DNA of 32,000 nt from Candidatus Korarchaeum cryptofilum OPF8 (GCF_000019605.1 NC_010482.1:180001-212000); one strand, 5' to 3'; positions 7,524-16,786 are shown, counted from the first letter of the stretch. The notes: generated by a model not told the origin, from the letters alone. Translations and numbers: made by a program.

Positions 7524-8386
7524 AGCTTGCTCTCAAACACTATCCTGTTCCTGATCCTGCCGACCCCTTTGACCTCCACTTCCACGATATCGCCGTGATT
7601 CAAGAGCCTCGGAGGGTTCGAGAAGCCGCCTACACCAGATGGAGTGCCCGTAGCCACTATGTCGCAGGGCTCTATGGTCATCCCCTTACTCAATATCTCT
7701 ATTATCTCCCACGGCTTGAATATCATCTCCCCAGAGCTCGCTCTTTGCCTCAGCTCACCGTTGACGAAAGTTAGTATCTCAAGCTCATCGAAATCCGCAC
7801 TTACATCTATCCAAGGTCCGATTGGGGCGAATCCATCTATACTCTTCCCTCTCACCCACTGCTTATCTCTCCTCTGCAGGTCCCTAGCTGTGACGTCATC
7901 GAAAGCCATGTATCCGAGTATCGAAGCCTTAGCCTCACGGCCGCTAAGCCTCCTTCCGCCTCTCTTCATCACGAATGCTATCTCCCCCTCGTAATCGACT
8001 TCCTTCGTGTAATCATCGGGCACTATGACATCGGAGAAGGGATCGTTGAGCGCCGTCCTGGGCTTCATGAATATTATCGGCTCCTCCGGAGGGCTGCTAC
8101 CGGTCTCAGCAGCGTGCTCGACGTAATTCCTCCCCAAGCAAATTATCTTCGGAGGATTCGATATCGGCCTCAGGATCTCAACTTCCTCCACCTTTATTGT
8201 CCTCCCGAATGGCCTATCCGGGAGGCTTATCACCTCATCTATTACCGGAAGTCTTATGAGCTCCTCCAGAGTCGGAGGCAGCTTCTTCCCAATTTTCATC
8301 GACAGCTCGCTCGACGGTATCACTTCATCATCTATAATAACTCCGTAATCCAGCGAGCCCCTGTGCTTGAAGCTCAACAGTCTCAT
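7520..8386 (-). CDS. Fumarylacetoacetate hydrolase (FAH) family protein (2-keto-4-pentenoate hydratase / oxaloacetate decarboxylase-like)
   Basis: FAH-fold signatures KIICLGRNYVEHAAE, DYEGEIAFV, GKSIDGFAPIGPW and IVATGTPSGVG. The stop codon overlaps the convergent VIT1 stop (TTAA at 7520-7523). Confidence 0.85.
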   Translation of the reverse strand: MRLLSFKHRGSLDYGVIIDDEVIPSSELSMKIGKKLPPTLEELIRLPVIDEVISLPDRPFGRTIKVEEVEILRPISNPPKIICLGRNYVEHAAETGSSPPEEPIIFMKPRTALNDPFSDVIVPDDYTKEVDYEGEIAFVMKRGGRRLSGREAKASILGYMAFDDVTARDLQRRDKQWVRGKSIDGFAPIGPWIDVSADFDELEILTFVNGELRQRASSGEMIFKPWEIIEILSKGMTIEPCDIVATGTPSGVGGFSNPPRLLNHGDIVEVEVKGVGRIRNRIVFESKL

Positions 8387-8476
8387 AAGGAATCTTGACG
8401 CACTCCTTAAATAATTTAGCTATTCATCACCCGAAAACAATTAAAAATATTTAGGAAGGATGGCCGCGTTATGAGC

Positions 8477-9481
8477 TCAAAAATTAATCGATCCACCGAT
8501 TTCCCTCATGATCTCCGAGATCTTAAGGCCAACTTCCTTAGTCCTCATACTGCCCCCCACATCCGGAGTCGTGTAACCCAATTCGCAAGCCCTCCTAACG
8601 GCTTCCTCTATGAGCTTAGATCCCCCCTCATGACCAAGCCATCCCATCATCATAGCCGCGGAGAGTATAGTTGCCATTGGATTCGCTATGTTCTTCCCAG
8701 CTATTTCAGGAGCTGTCCCATGGACGGGCTCGAATATAGCCCTACTCTCCCCTATATTAGCGCTCGGGTACATGCCCAGTCCCCCTATGAATGCGGCAGC
8801 TAGGTCCGATAGTATGTCTCCGAACATATTGGTCGTTATTATGACATCGAAAGGCCTATCCATCGCTATCCTCATGGCAGCGCTATCCACATACATCTCT
8901 CTGTAATCAAAACCCTCTTCCTCAGCTACTCTCGAGCAAACCTCCCTGAAGAGCATGCATCCTCCCAAGACATTAGCCTTATGAACTACGTAAACCCTCG
9001 ACTTCCCTCTCTCCCTAGCGTACCTGTAACCGAACCTGCATATCCTCTCGCTAGCTCTCCTCGTTATTATCCTCAAGTCCACAGCAGTATCCAGCCCCCT
9101 CCAGCCGGACATCACATATAGATCCTCAGTGTTCTCCCTTACTATAGTTAGATCGAATCCCGGAATGGCTCTAGGGACTGGATATGATTTTGCCGGCCTT
9201 AAGTTAACATAGAGATCTAATTTTTGCCTCAAAGGAAGTATGACTTCTCTAGCGCTCTCCCCTATAGCTACCATGAGCGTGGCATCCGAATTCATCACGC
9301 CATTTAGCGTCTCCTCGGGTAGGGCGACCCCCCTCTTCCTCTTCGTCTCATCCCCGGCCTCGAAGAACCTCAAGTCGAGTGGCAGGTTCATCAGATCTGA
9401 GAGGGTCTCCAGCACCGGAATGACCGCATCTATTATCTCAGGACCAACGCCATCCCCGGGTATTACCGCTATCCTCGGCAT
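8477..9481 (-). CDS. leuB: 3-isopropylmalate dehydrogenase (beta-decarboxylating isocitrate/isopropylmalate dehydrogenase family)
   Basis: IAVIPGDGVGPE N-terminus, NMFGDILSD and HGTAPEIAGKNIANP motifs. It is the last gene of a leuA-C-D-B arrangement. Confidence 0.85.
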   Translation of the reverse strand: MPRIAVIPGDGVGPEIIDAVIPVLETLSDLMNLPLDLRFFEAGDETKRKRGVALPEETLNGVMNSDATLMVAIGESAREVILPLRQKLDLYVNLRPAKSYPVPRAIPGFDLTIVRENTEDLYVMSGWRGLDTAVDLRIITRRASERICRFGYRYARERGKSRVYVVHKANVLGGCMLFREVCSRVAEEEGFDYREMYVDSAAMRIAMDRPFDVIITTNMFGDILSDLAAAFIGGLGMYPSANIGESRAIFEPVHGTAPEIAGKNIANPMATILSAAMMMGWLGHEGGSKLIEEAVRRACELGYTTPDVGGSMRTKEVGLKISEIMREIGGSINF

Positions 9482-9966
9482 CCCCTCATCCCCCTGAGGT
9501 AAGGGACTATGCCTCCAGCTCTCAGTATGCTCATCATGAATTCTGGGATCTTAGTTCCGATGAGCTCTATCCCCCTCTCAGGCAGGTACACGCGACCTTT
9601 CTCAAGATCCGCCTCTAAATATTCGTTATCCTCAATTATAGATGCCTCTGGAACTTCCATGACCGGAAGCCCCAAGTTTATGGAGTTCCTGAAGAATATC
9701 CTAGCGAAGCTCTGAGCGATGATGAGCTCAATCCCCGAATATTTGAGCGCTAGTACCGCTTGCTCCCTACTCGATCCGCAACCGAAGTTCCTTCCAGCCA
9801 CTATTATCCTCCTCTCCCTGACCTTCTGATGGAATAGAGGATCTAGATCTTCCATAGCATGACCCCTCAGGATCTCGGGATCAGAGCCATGCTTCAAGTA
9901 TCTAGCCGGGATTATGACGTCAGTATCGACGTTATCAGGGTACTTTATAGCTCTCCCCCTTATCAC
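9469..9966 (-). CDS. leuD: 3-isopropylmalate (or homologous 2-hydroxyacid) dehydratase small subunit
   Basis: Aconitase swivel-domain small subunit: NVDTDVIIPARYL, GRNFGCGSSREQA. GTG start overlaps the leuC stop (GTGA). Confidence 0.85.
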   Translation of the reverse strand: MIRGRAIKYPDNVDTDVIIPARYLKHGSDPEILRGHAMEDLDPLFHQKVRERRIIVAGRNFGCGSSREQAVLALKYSGIELIIAQSFARIFFRNSINLGLPVMEVPEASIIEDNEYLEADLEKGRVYLPERGIELIGTKIPEFMMSILRAGGIVPYLRGMRGCRG

Positions 9967-11207
9967 GCTATCACCCTCGGATCCACTATCCTGCCTTCAA
10001 CGGCGGAAGCCGCTACTGTGGCTGCGCTGGCTAAATACACTCTCGACTCCGGATGGCCCATCCTCCCCCTGAAGTTCCTGTTGGATGTGGATATAGCTAC
10101 CTCCCCCTCAGCCAGAACTCCGAGATGGGCCCCAAGACAGGGACCGCAGCTAGGAGGTCCTATTGTAGCTCCGCTCTCAATCAATATATCGATTATACCT
10201 CTCCTCAGGGCCTCTAGGTATATTCTTCTGCTCGCGGGTATCACGATGAGCCTAACCCCCTCCTTGACCCTCCTCCCCCTGAGGATCCTGGCCGCTACCT
10301 CGAGATCCTTCAGCCTCCCTCCGGTGCAGGAGCCTATGAAAGCCTGATCTATCTCAGCATCCACCTCGGAAGCCGGTTTGACATTTGCAGGCGAATGCGG
10401 GATCGCAACTAGTGGCTCCAGTGAGCTTACATCAATGGAGATCTCATCAGAGTGACTCCCATCATCGGAGTACTCAGGCCTGGGAGCCCTCCTCAACCTC
10501 CCATTCAGGTAGGAGAGCGTCACATCATCGACAGGTATTATCGCAGTCTTAGCTCCGGCCTCGACGGACATGTTCGTGAGGACGAACCTCTCATCCATCT
10601 CCATAACCTTCAAAATGCTCCCATTGAACTCTAGAGCTTTGTAATTAGCCCCATCTACTCCTATCATAGAGATGAGCTTCAATATGATGTCCTTAGCGAA
10701 GACCATCTCGGGGAGGGAGCCATCCAACTTAACTAAGATAGTCTCGGGAACCCTGAACCAGAGCTTCCCCATGATCAATGCTGCTGCCATCTCAGTAGCC
10801 CCTATTCCGACCGAAAAAGTCCCCAAGGCCCCTAGAGTGGGCATATGGGAATCCGTGCCCACGATGACATCACCCGGGGCTGCGTGACCCTCCTCAGGCA
10901 GGACCACGTGGCATATGCCCCATCTCACATCGTAATGATGCTTAACTCCCCACTTCGAGCAGAACTCCCTGAGCCTCTTGCTGAGGTTAGCTGACTCTAT
11001 ATCCTTAGCCGGAACGAAGTGATCTTGGACAGCTACCACTCTCTCTGGATGCCTCGGTTCCCCGCATGAATCCCTCAAAGCATCATCAACTAGAGCCCCC
11101 ATGGGATCGTGAATCATGTAAACATCTATCTCGGCCTCAACGATATCTCCGGCTTCAGCATCTCTACCTGATGCCCTACTCAGTATCTTCTCCACTGCTG
11201 TTTTCAT
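9963..11207 (-). CDS. leuC: 3-isopropylmalate dehydratase large subunit (aconitase family)
   Basis: MKTAVEKILSR N-terminus, GTDSHMPT, GSCTGGR and CGPCLG Fe-S ligand motifs. It overlaps the leuA 3' end by 32 nt. Confidence 0.9.
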   Translation of the reverse strand: MKTAVEKILSRASGRDAEAGDIVEAEIDVYMIHDPMGALVDDALRDSCGEPRHPERVVAVQDHFVPAKDIESANLSKRLREFCSKWGVKHHYDVRWGICHVVLPEEGHAAPGDVIVGTDSHMPTLGALGTFSVGIGATEMAAALIMGKLWFRVPETILVKLDGSLPEMVFAKDIILKLISMIGVDGANYKALEFNGSILKVMEMDERFVLTNMSVEAGAKTAIIPVDDVTLSYLNGRLRRAPRPEYSDDGSHSDEISIDVSSLEPLVAIPHSPANVKPASEVDAEIDQAFIGSCTGGRLKDLEVAARILRGRRVKEGVRLIVIPASRRIYLEALRRGIIDILIESGATIGPPSCGPCLGAHLGVLAEGEVAISTSNRNFRGRMGHPESRVYLASAATVAASAVEGRIVDPRVIA

Positions 11208-12687
11208 CGCTCATCACCTTGTTCAGGGAATCCAGCAGGGCCTCCAGGCTAGCTCTTACTATATCCTCGCTTATCCCGTATCCTTCAGCAGTGATCCCAT
11301 TGCTCTCTATCTTAACGTAAACCTCTCCAGGGGCGTCCGTCCCCTTGCTAGTAGCGTTGAGCTTGAACCTAGAGAGCCTGAAATTAGGTATGCCCTCTAC
11401 CGATCTCAGAGCATTGGATAGGGCATCGACGGGACCGACTCCCCAACCCCAGCTCCTTATGTCCCTTCCTCCAACTTTGGCCCTTATCCAAGCTGATGGA
11501 GTGATCCCGCTACCAGTGACGACGAGCCACTCCCCCACTTCTAGCTTCCTAGCGCCCTCCCTTCCCCCTATGACCTCAGCCACTATCCTGCCGAACAGCT
11601 TCTCCGTGACCTTTATGCCCCTATCTCCGTAATCCTTCACCCTCCTCATTATCTCCTCTATCTCCTCACCCCTAGCATCGTATCCCAACTTCCTGACGGC
11701 GTCCTCTACAGCGTGCCTCCCGGTGTGCTTCCCTAAGACTATCCTCCTCCTCATCCCCACGGCCTCTGGCATCAGGGGCTCGTAAGTCCCCGGATGCTCC
11801 AGGACCCCGTGCACGTGTATCCCCGACTCATGGGAGAAAGCATTGTCCCCGACGATTGGATAGTTGGGCGGGACCTGGATGCCAGTCAGCTTTTCCACGA
11901 GTTCAGATACCTCCCTGAGCTTCGTCAGATCGATCCTAGTCTTGACCCCGTAGAGGTAGTGAAGGGAGGCTACGAACTGCTCCAGAGAGGCGTTTCCAGC
12001 CCTCTCCCCCAGTCCGTTCACGGTCACATGAGCTTGTTGAGCTCCAGCCTCTACAGCTGCCAAGGAATTAGCTACAGCTAAACCGAAGTCATTGTGGCAG
12101 TGCACACTTACAGGAATTCTGAGCTCGCTGACGACTCTGGAGACGAGGTACTTCATAGCCACTGGAGTCATCACTCCCACAGTATCCGGGATATCCACTC
12201 TATCCGCGCCAGCCTCTTCAACGGCTTTGAAAACTTGGATCAGGAAATCGAGCTCAGTCCTCGTCGCATCCTCAGCTGAGAATTCCACAATGACACCTCT
12301 GGATTTAGCATATTCCACTGCCTCTACAGCCCTTCTTAAAACATCCTCCTTGCTCATCTTGAGTTTATACTCCCTGTGAAGCGGAGAAGTGGCTATGAAA
12401 ACGTGAATGGAATCCACTCCAGAGTCCACAGCTATATCTATATCTTTGAAGTTGGATCTAGCGAGAGCGCATATCTCAGCCCTGCTCACCGATTTTATCT
12501 CAGCTATAGACCTAGCTATCTCCCTCACGGACTCGGCTTCGCCCTCAGATGTTATCGGAAATCCAGCTTCTATCGCATCGACTCCCAGCTCATTTAAAGC
12601 CTCAGCTATCTCGATCTTCTCACTGCAAGTTAAGGAGACGCCAGGTGTCTGCTCCCCATCCCTAAGCGTAGTATCGAAGATCCTCAC
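11176..12687 (-). CDS. leuA: 2-isopropylmalate synthase / citramalate synthase family enzyme with a C-terminal LeuA-type regulatory domain
   Basis: GTG start. DTTLRDGEQ, HCHNDFGLAVANSLAAVEAGA and GERAGNA motifs. The roughly 120-aa C-terminal domain is typical of LeuA/CimA. IPMS and CimA cannot be told apart by eye. Confidence 0.85.
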   Translation of the reverse strand: MRIFDTTLRDGEQTPGVSLTCSEKIEIAEALNELGVDAIEAGFPITSEGEAESVREIARSIAEIKSVSRAEICALARSNFKDIDIAVDSGVDSIHVFIATSPLHREYKLKMSKEDVLRRAVEAVEYAKSRGVIVEFSAEDATRTELDFLIQVFKAVEEAGADRVDIPDTVGVMTPVAMKYLVSRVVSELRIPVSVHCHNDFGLAVANSLAAVEAGAQQAHVTVNGLGERAGNASLEQFVASLHYLYGVKTRIDLTKLREVSELVEKLTGIQVPPNYPIVGDNAFSHESGIHVHGVLEHPGTYEPLMPEAVGMRRRIVLGKHTGRHAVEDAVRKLGYDARGEEIEEIMRRVKDYGDRGIKVTEKLFGRIVAEVIGGREGARKLEVGEWLVVTGSGITPSAWIRAKVGGRDIRSWGWGVGPVDALSNALRSVEGIPNFRLSRFKLNATSKGTDAPGEVYVKIESNGITAEGYGISEDIVRASLEALLDSLNKVMSDENSSGEDTE

Positions 12688-12816
12688 CCTCTCGGGAACT
12701 CCGAATCTGGCTACGGAATTGAAATCCGATACGTAGGCTATGCTAGTTCCAAGCTACCACCGGGCCTGCTTCGAATATCAATTTAAAAATTTTATCTGTG
12801 GGAGAGTTCGAGGAGC

Positions 12817-15045
12817 TCAGTAGACGTAAGTCTCCTCCTTCCTCTCCTCCGGTATGGTCACAGCCCTGAGGGTCTTCTTTATCTCCTCGAAGTACTTCAA
12901 TATCTCATCCGTCAAGCTCGGCTTCACCCTGCTCATCGCTATCTCGAAGTGCCTCGGCTCCACTCTCTCAGCATTTATATCCTCCCTTAGGGCTGCCATA
13001 GCTGCTTCTCTTACTAAAGCAGCTAGATCAGCACCGCTGTACCTCTCCGTCATTAAAGCTATGCTCCTAAGATCTACATCCTTAGCTAGAGGCACTTTCC
13101 TCGTCAACACTTTCAGTATCTGGTATCTGGACTGGAAATCCGGAGGGCCAACGTAAACTAGCCTCTCCAATCTTCCTGGCCTCAATAAAGCCGGATCTAT
13201 CAGATCGGGCCTGTTAGTAGCTCCTATGACCACCACATCCCTGAGCGGGTGTATGCCATCTATCTCAGTCAGCATCTGACTCACTACTCTCTCGCTAACC
13301 CCAGAATCAGCATGTACACCCCTCTTCGGGAACAGGGAGTCTATCTCATCTATGAAGACTATAGCCGGAGTGACCTGCCTGGCCTTCCTGAATATCATCC
13401 TGACTGCCTTCTCGCTCTCCCCAACCCACTTGCTGAGGAGCTCTGGCCCTTTGACGCTTATGAAGTTGGCCTCACTCTCATTAGCCACAGCCTTAGCTAT
13501 AAGCGTCTTGCCGCATCCCGGAGGTCCGTAGAGAAGGACGCCTCTGGGAGGATCTATTCCCATCCTCCTGAATGCATCCGGATTCTTGAGAGGAAGCTCT
13601 ATGACTTCTCTCAACTCTCTCTTAACATCCTCAAGCCCTCCAACATCATCCCAAGTGACGTTCGGTATCTCTATCGATATTTCCCTGAGGGCAGATGGTT
13701 GAACGAGCTTCAGGGCTTCGAAGAAGTCTTCATTCGTTACCTTAAGCTCCTCAAGCACCTCCAGTGGTATGCTCTCGGCATCGAGATCTATCTTAGGTAA
13801 TACTCTCCTTAACGCTGCCATAGCTGCCTCCCTTACCAAAGCGGCTAGATCAGCTCCTACGAAGCCGTGAGTTATATCGGCCAATCTATCGAGATCCACA
13901 TCATCAGCTAGGGGCATGTTCCTCGTATGTATCAGCAGTATCTCCTTCCTCCCCTCCCTATCGGGCACTCCTATCTCTATCTCCCTGTCGAACCTCCCGG
14001 GCCTCCTCAAAGCCGGATCTATGGCTTCAGGCCTGTTAGTAGCTCCTATTACTATTACTTCGCCCCTCCCCTTCAATCCATCCATCAAAGCCAATAGCTG
14101 AGCCACTACTCTCCTCTCAACCTCACCTGTAACCTCATTCCTATTTGGAGCTATGGAATCTAGCTCATCTATGAATATTATAGATGGAGCATTCTTCTCA
14201 GCCTCCTCGAATATCTCCCTGAGCCTCTTCTCGCTCTCACCATAGTACTTGCTCATTATCTCGGGGCCTGAGATACTTATGAAGTGGGCGTTGCTCTCAT
14301 TAGCCACAGCCTTAGCTAGCAGAGTTTTGCCGGTCCCGGGAGGACCGTAGAGCAATACTCCCTTAGGTGGATCTATTCCCAAGTGCCTGAATAACTCAGG
14401 ATGCCTAAGAGGAAGCTCTACCATCTCCCTTATCCTCTGTATCTCCTCCCTTAGTCCTCCTATGTCCTCATAAGTTATCGTGGGGAGCACTACCCTCGCG
14501 AGCTCAACGGGGGACTCCCTGACCTCTATTATAGTGTTTGGCCCTATCTTCCCATAAGTTCCGGGGGTCAAGCTGACGACTATGAGGGATATGAACCTCT
14601 GGAATATGGGTATGAGCACCACATCCCCTTTCGTCACGGCGAAGTCCAGGAGCCTCCTCTTCACCCAGGTGTGGAAATCGGGGGCGACCCTTATCATGTG
14701 GTCCTGGGGAGCCAATACTACCTTAGATGCCTCCCCTATATCCACGGGTCTCACTCTCACTTTATCTCCCGTCCTAACTCCAGCGTTGCCCTTCACTATC
14801 TTATCCATCCTTATGTACCTAGTGCCCACATCCATGCTGACCGAGGGCATCACCCTGCAGTGGGTGACCCTGGATCCATAGATCCTCAAATAATCCCCGC
14901 TAGTCAGATCCAGTTGCTTCATGATCTCCGGATCTAATCTGACTATTCCCCTGCCGAAATCAGCCTGCTTTATTATATCAGCTACTATCAAAGTCACATC
15001 CCTGCTCTCCTTTTCATCATCCCCGGGATTTTGTTTTCTGACCAA
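12817..15045 (-). CDS. cdc48: Cdc48/VCP/p97-type AAA+ ATPase (N domain plus tandem D1/D2 AAA domains)
   Basis: The N-terminus GRGIVRLD...GD is Cdc48_N-like. There are two Walker A motifs ([16 protein letters not shown]), two Walker B motifs ([16 protein letters not shown]) and second-region-of-homology motifs. The TTG start at 15045 is uncertain. Confidence 0.95.
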   Translation of the reverse strand: MVRKQNPGDDEKESRDVTLIVADIIKQADFGRGIVRLDPEIMKQLDLTSGDYLRIYGSRVTHCRVMPSVSMDVGTRYIRMDKIVKGNAGVRTGDKVRVRPVDIGEASKVVLAPQDHMIRVAPDFHTWVKRRLLDFAVTKGDVVLIPIFQRFISLIVVSLTPGTYGKIGPNTIIEVRESPVELARVVLPTITYEDIGGLREEIQRIREMVELPLRHPELFRHLGIDPPKGVLLYGPPGTGKTLLAKAVANESNAHFISISGPEIMSKYYGESEKRLREIFEEAEKNAPSIIFIDELDSIAPNRNEVTGEVERRVVAQLLALMDGLKGRGEVIVIGATNRPEAIDPALRRPGRFDREIEIGVPDREGRKEILLIHTRNMPLADDVDLDRLADITHGFVGADLAALVREAAMAALRRVLPKIDLDAESIPLEVLEELKVTNEDFFEALKLVQPSALREISIEIPNVTWDDVGGLEDVKRELREVIELPLKNPDAFRRMGIDPPRGVLLYGPPGCGKTLIAKAVANESEANFISVKGPELLSKWVGESEKAVRMIFRKARQVTPAIVFIDEIDSLFPKRGVHADSGVSERVVSQMLTEIDGIHPLRDVVVIGATNRPDLIDPALLRPGRLERLVYVGPPDFQSRYQILKVLTRKVPLAKDVDLRSIALMTERYSGADLAALVREAAMAALREDINAERVEPRHFEIAMSRVKPSLTDEILKYFEEIKKTLRAVTIPEERKEETYVY

Positions 15046-15150
15046 TCACGACACCCAGTATCATTGAGAGGAAGGGTTTATTAATGTTGGGATTCAAGCT
15101 GAGGGCTAATGGGTCTGAGATCATCCCGGGGGCATCTAGTTATTTATGCT

Positions 15151-15207
15151 AATATTCACCCCATATTCCGAATTTTCACCAATATTTACTCAAAAATTCC
15201 GGATTTT
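15151..15207 (+). repeat. Imperfect tandem direct repeat (26/27 nt units, 30-nt period) upstream of the MetF-like gene
   Basis: AATATTCACC-CCATATTCCGAATTTT (15151-15176) and AATATTTACTCAAAAATTCCGGATTTT (15181-15207) match at 21 of 27 positions and are separated by CACC. Confidence 0.6.
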
Positions 15208-15216
15208 AGGAGGTGA
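15208..15216 (+). promoter_or_regulatory. Shine-Dalgarno sequence AGGAGGTGA for the TTG start at 15223
   Basis: It is a near-perfect complement to the anti-SD, with a 6-nt spacer to the TTG. Confidence 0.6.
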
Positions 15217-15222
15217 TCTTAA

Positions 15223-15903
15223 TTGGAAATAGGCATAGAGATAGTACCCTCGAATCTCCCGAAGTTTCTCAGGTCCCTCTCGAGCGTCATAGGCCATGCT
15301 AATTTCATCTCCCTCCCAGAATGCCCCTTCGGGAGGCCCCTCCCTTCCCCCCTAATACTCTCAGTAGTGGCTAAGGGCCTGGGGCTTGAGGTCATCCCGA
15401 ACTATAGAGTAATGGATAGGAGTGAGCTGGGTTTCATCTCTGAGATAATGGCCCTCTCAGAAGTCGGCATAAGGAGGGTAGTCATAGTGAGGGGAGATCT
15501 ACCATCCATAGGGATGCCCACATCCCTGAATCCTGTGAGGGCCATAGAATTGATAAAGGAGCATGGTATAGATATTGAGGTGGGTGTAGCGACATATACC
15601 AAGCCCAATGAGGCCCTGAGGGCGAAGATAGAGGCTGGAGCCGATTTCGTCGTCACCCAGCCTATACAGGATGTCGGGGAGTTATCCGAGCTGCTCGACT
15701 TCCTCGGGGATATCCCCCTCTACACTATGATAATGCCGGGGATGGAGGATCTCGATCTCAACGTTCTCAGGGAGATGGGACTGAATGAAGTGAGGAATGT
15801 AGATTATAAGGCTCTCCTCCAGGATATAAGCAGGACTAAGGTGAGGGGTGTTATCATAAGCTCTCCCAAGGGGGTATCTAAAGCCCTGGAGATCCTGAGG
15901 TGA
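15223..15903 (+). CDS. Short MetF-like methylenetetrahydrofolate (or methylene-H4MPT) reductase family protein
   Basis: TTG start 6 nt after AGGAGGTGA. It aligns by eye with E. coli MetF landmarks: IEIVPS (VEFFPP), GIRRVVIVRGDLP (GIRHIVALRGDLP), KIEAGADFVVTQPIQD (KVDAGANRAITQFFFD). It is only 226 aa against about 296 aa for MetF. Confidence 0.65.
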   Translation: MEIGIEIVPSNLPKFLRSLSSVIGHANFISLPECPFGRPLPSPLILSVVAKGLGLEVIPNYRVMDRSELGFISEIMALSEVGIRRVVIVRGDLPSIGMPTSLNPVRAIELIKEHGIDIEVGVATYTKPNEALRAKIEAGADFVVTQPIQDVGELSELLDFLGDIPLYTMIMPGMEDLDLNVLREMGLNEVRNVDYKALLQDISRTKVRGVIISSPKGVSKALEILR

Positions 15904-16772
15904 ATCGGATGGAGCCGGCCCTTATGGTAGCTTCTATCTTCTACAAGGGGGATAGGAGGGTCTCAGATCACGGAAGGGGGATATTCGATGAGGAAGGGGA
16001 GAGGAGATTAGTAGAGAATGATCTACAGGCAGCTAGATCTCTCAACATCCCCTATGCCTTAGATGTCATAATATCATCGACGGAAGCCGCTGAGCCTTAT
16101 CTGAAGTTCGCCTCAAGCTTCAACGTCCCCATATTCGTCGATGGCATAAGCCCTGAGGTGAGGATACGCTCCTACAGGAAAGTTAAGGAGCTGGGGATTC
16201 AAGATCTAGCTGTAGCGAATGCTATTTACCCGGATGCTGGGAGGGAGGAACTTGAAGCTATAAGGGAATCCGGAATAAGGTCAGCAGTACTAGTGGCCTT
16301 CGATCCTAGGGATGCTCTGGAGAGCATGAAGAAGGAGAAAAAGCTCAAGATGATCCGTGAAAACCTCCTGCCTAAGGCTGAAGAAGCCGGATTGAATGAT
16401 TTCATGATAGATGTAGTGGTCTTAGACCCAGCTTCCCTCCACATAGCTGCGGAATCCCTGAGCTTCCTCAAGGAGCACGGATACAAGGTAGGCTGCGCCC
16501 CAGCCAATGCCCTATCATTCCTGAGCAAGAAGAGGTATGGGGATGATGCATATCCAATGCTGATATCAGCTCTAGCCTACTTGAGGATTAGAGGTGCCGA
16601 TTTCCTCATATTCGGACCCGCGGGAAGGCTAAGCGGGATAGCGAAGGGGATGGCCCTCTTAGAGTCATTCCTAGCCTTGGAGAAGGGGGTTCCGAGGGAT
16701 AAATTGAGGAAGCATCCTTTCGTCATCCTAAAGGAGCTTCAAAGGACATTTCAAGAGGTTTCAAAGGGATAA
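15900..16772 (+). CDS. MtrH-like methyltransferase (tetrahydromethanopterin S-methyltransferase subunit H family), N-terminally shorter than methanogen MtrH
   Basis: Collinear similarity from my memory of MtrH: SIFYKGDRRVSDHGRGIFDEE, SSTEAAEPYLKF, PIFVDG, EELEAIRESGIRSAVLVAFDPRD, FMIDVVVLDP, ADFLIFGP. GTG 15900 overlaps the previous stop (GTGA). The alternative start is ATG 15909. Confidence 0.65.
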   Translation: MNRMEPALMVASIFYKGDRRVSDHGRGIFDEEGERRLVENDLQAARSLNIPYALDVIISSTEAAEPYLKFASSFNVPIFVDGISPEVRIRSYRKVKELGIQDLAVANAIYPDAGREELEAIRESGIRSAVLVAFDPRDALESMKKEKKLKMIRENLLPKAEEAGLNDFMIDVVVLDPASLHIAAESLSFLKEHGYKVGCAPANALSFLSKKRYGDDAYPMLISALAYLRIRGADFLIFGPAGRLSGIAKGMALLESFLALEKGVPRDKLRKHPFVILKELQRTFQEVSKG

Positions 16773-16786
16773 AAAATAGAGGTAGA

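Noticed and set aside
12820-12828. The Cdc48 C-terminus (..TYVY) as a possible proteasome-docking HbYX motif.
   Set aside because: HbYX needs Tyr at the penultimate position. Here the last three residues are Y-V-Y, so the motif is not satisfied.
13249-13800. 183-aa plus-strand ORF (with neighbours 12854-13156, 13916-14101, 14582-14937).
   Set aside because: It is entirely antisense to the strongly supported cdc48 gene. The sequences are low-complexity and Ser/Leu/Pro-rich, typical of shadow ORFs.
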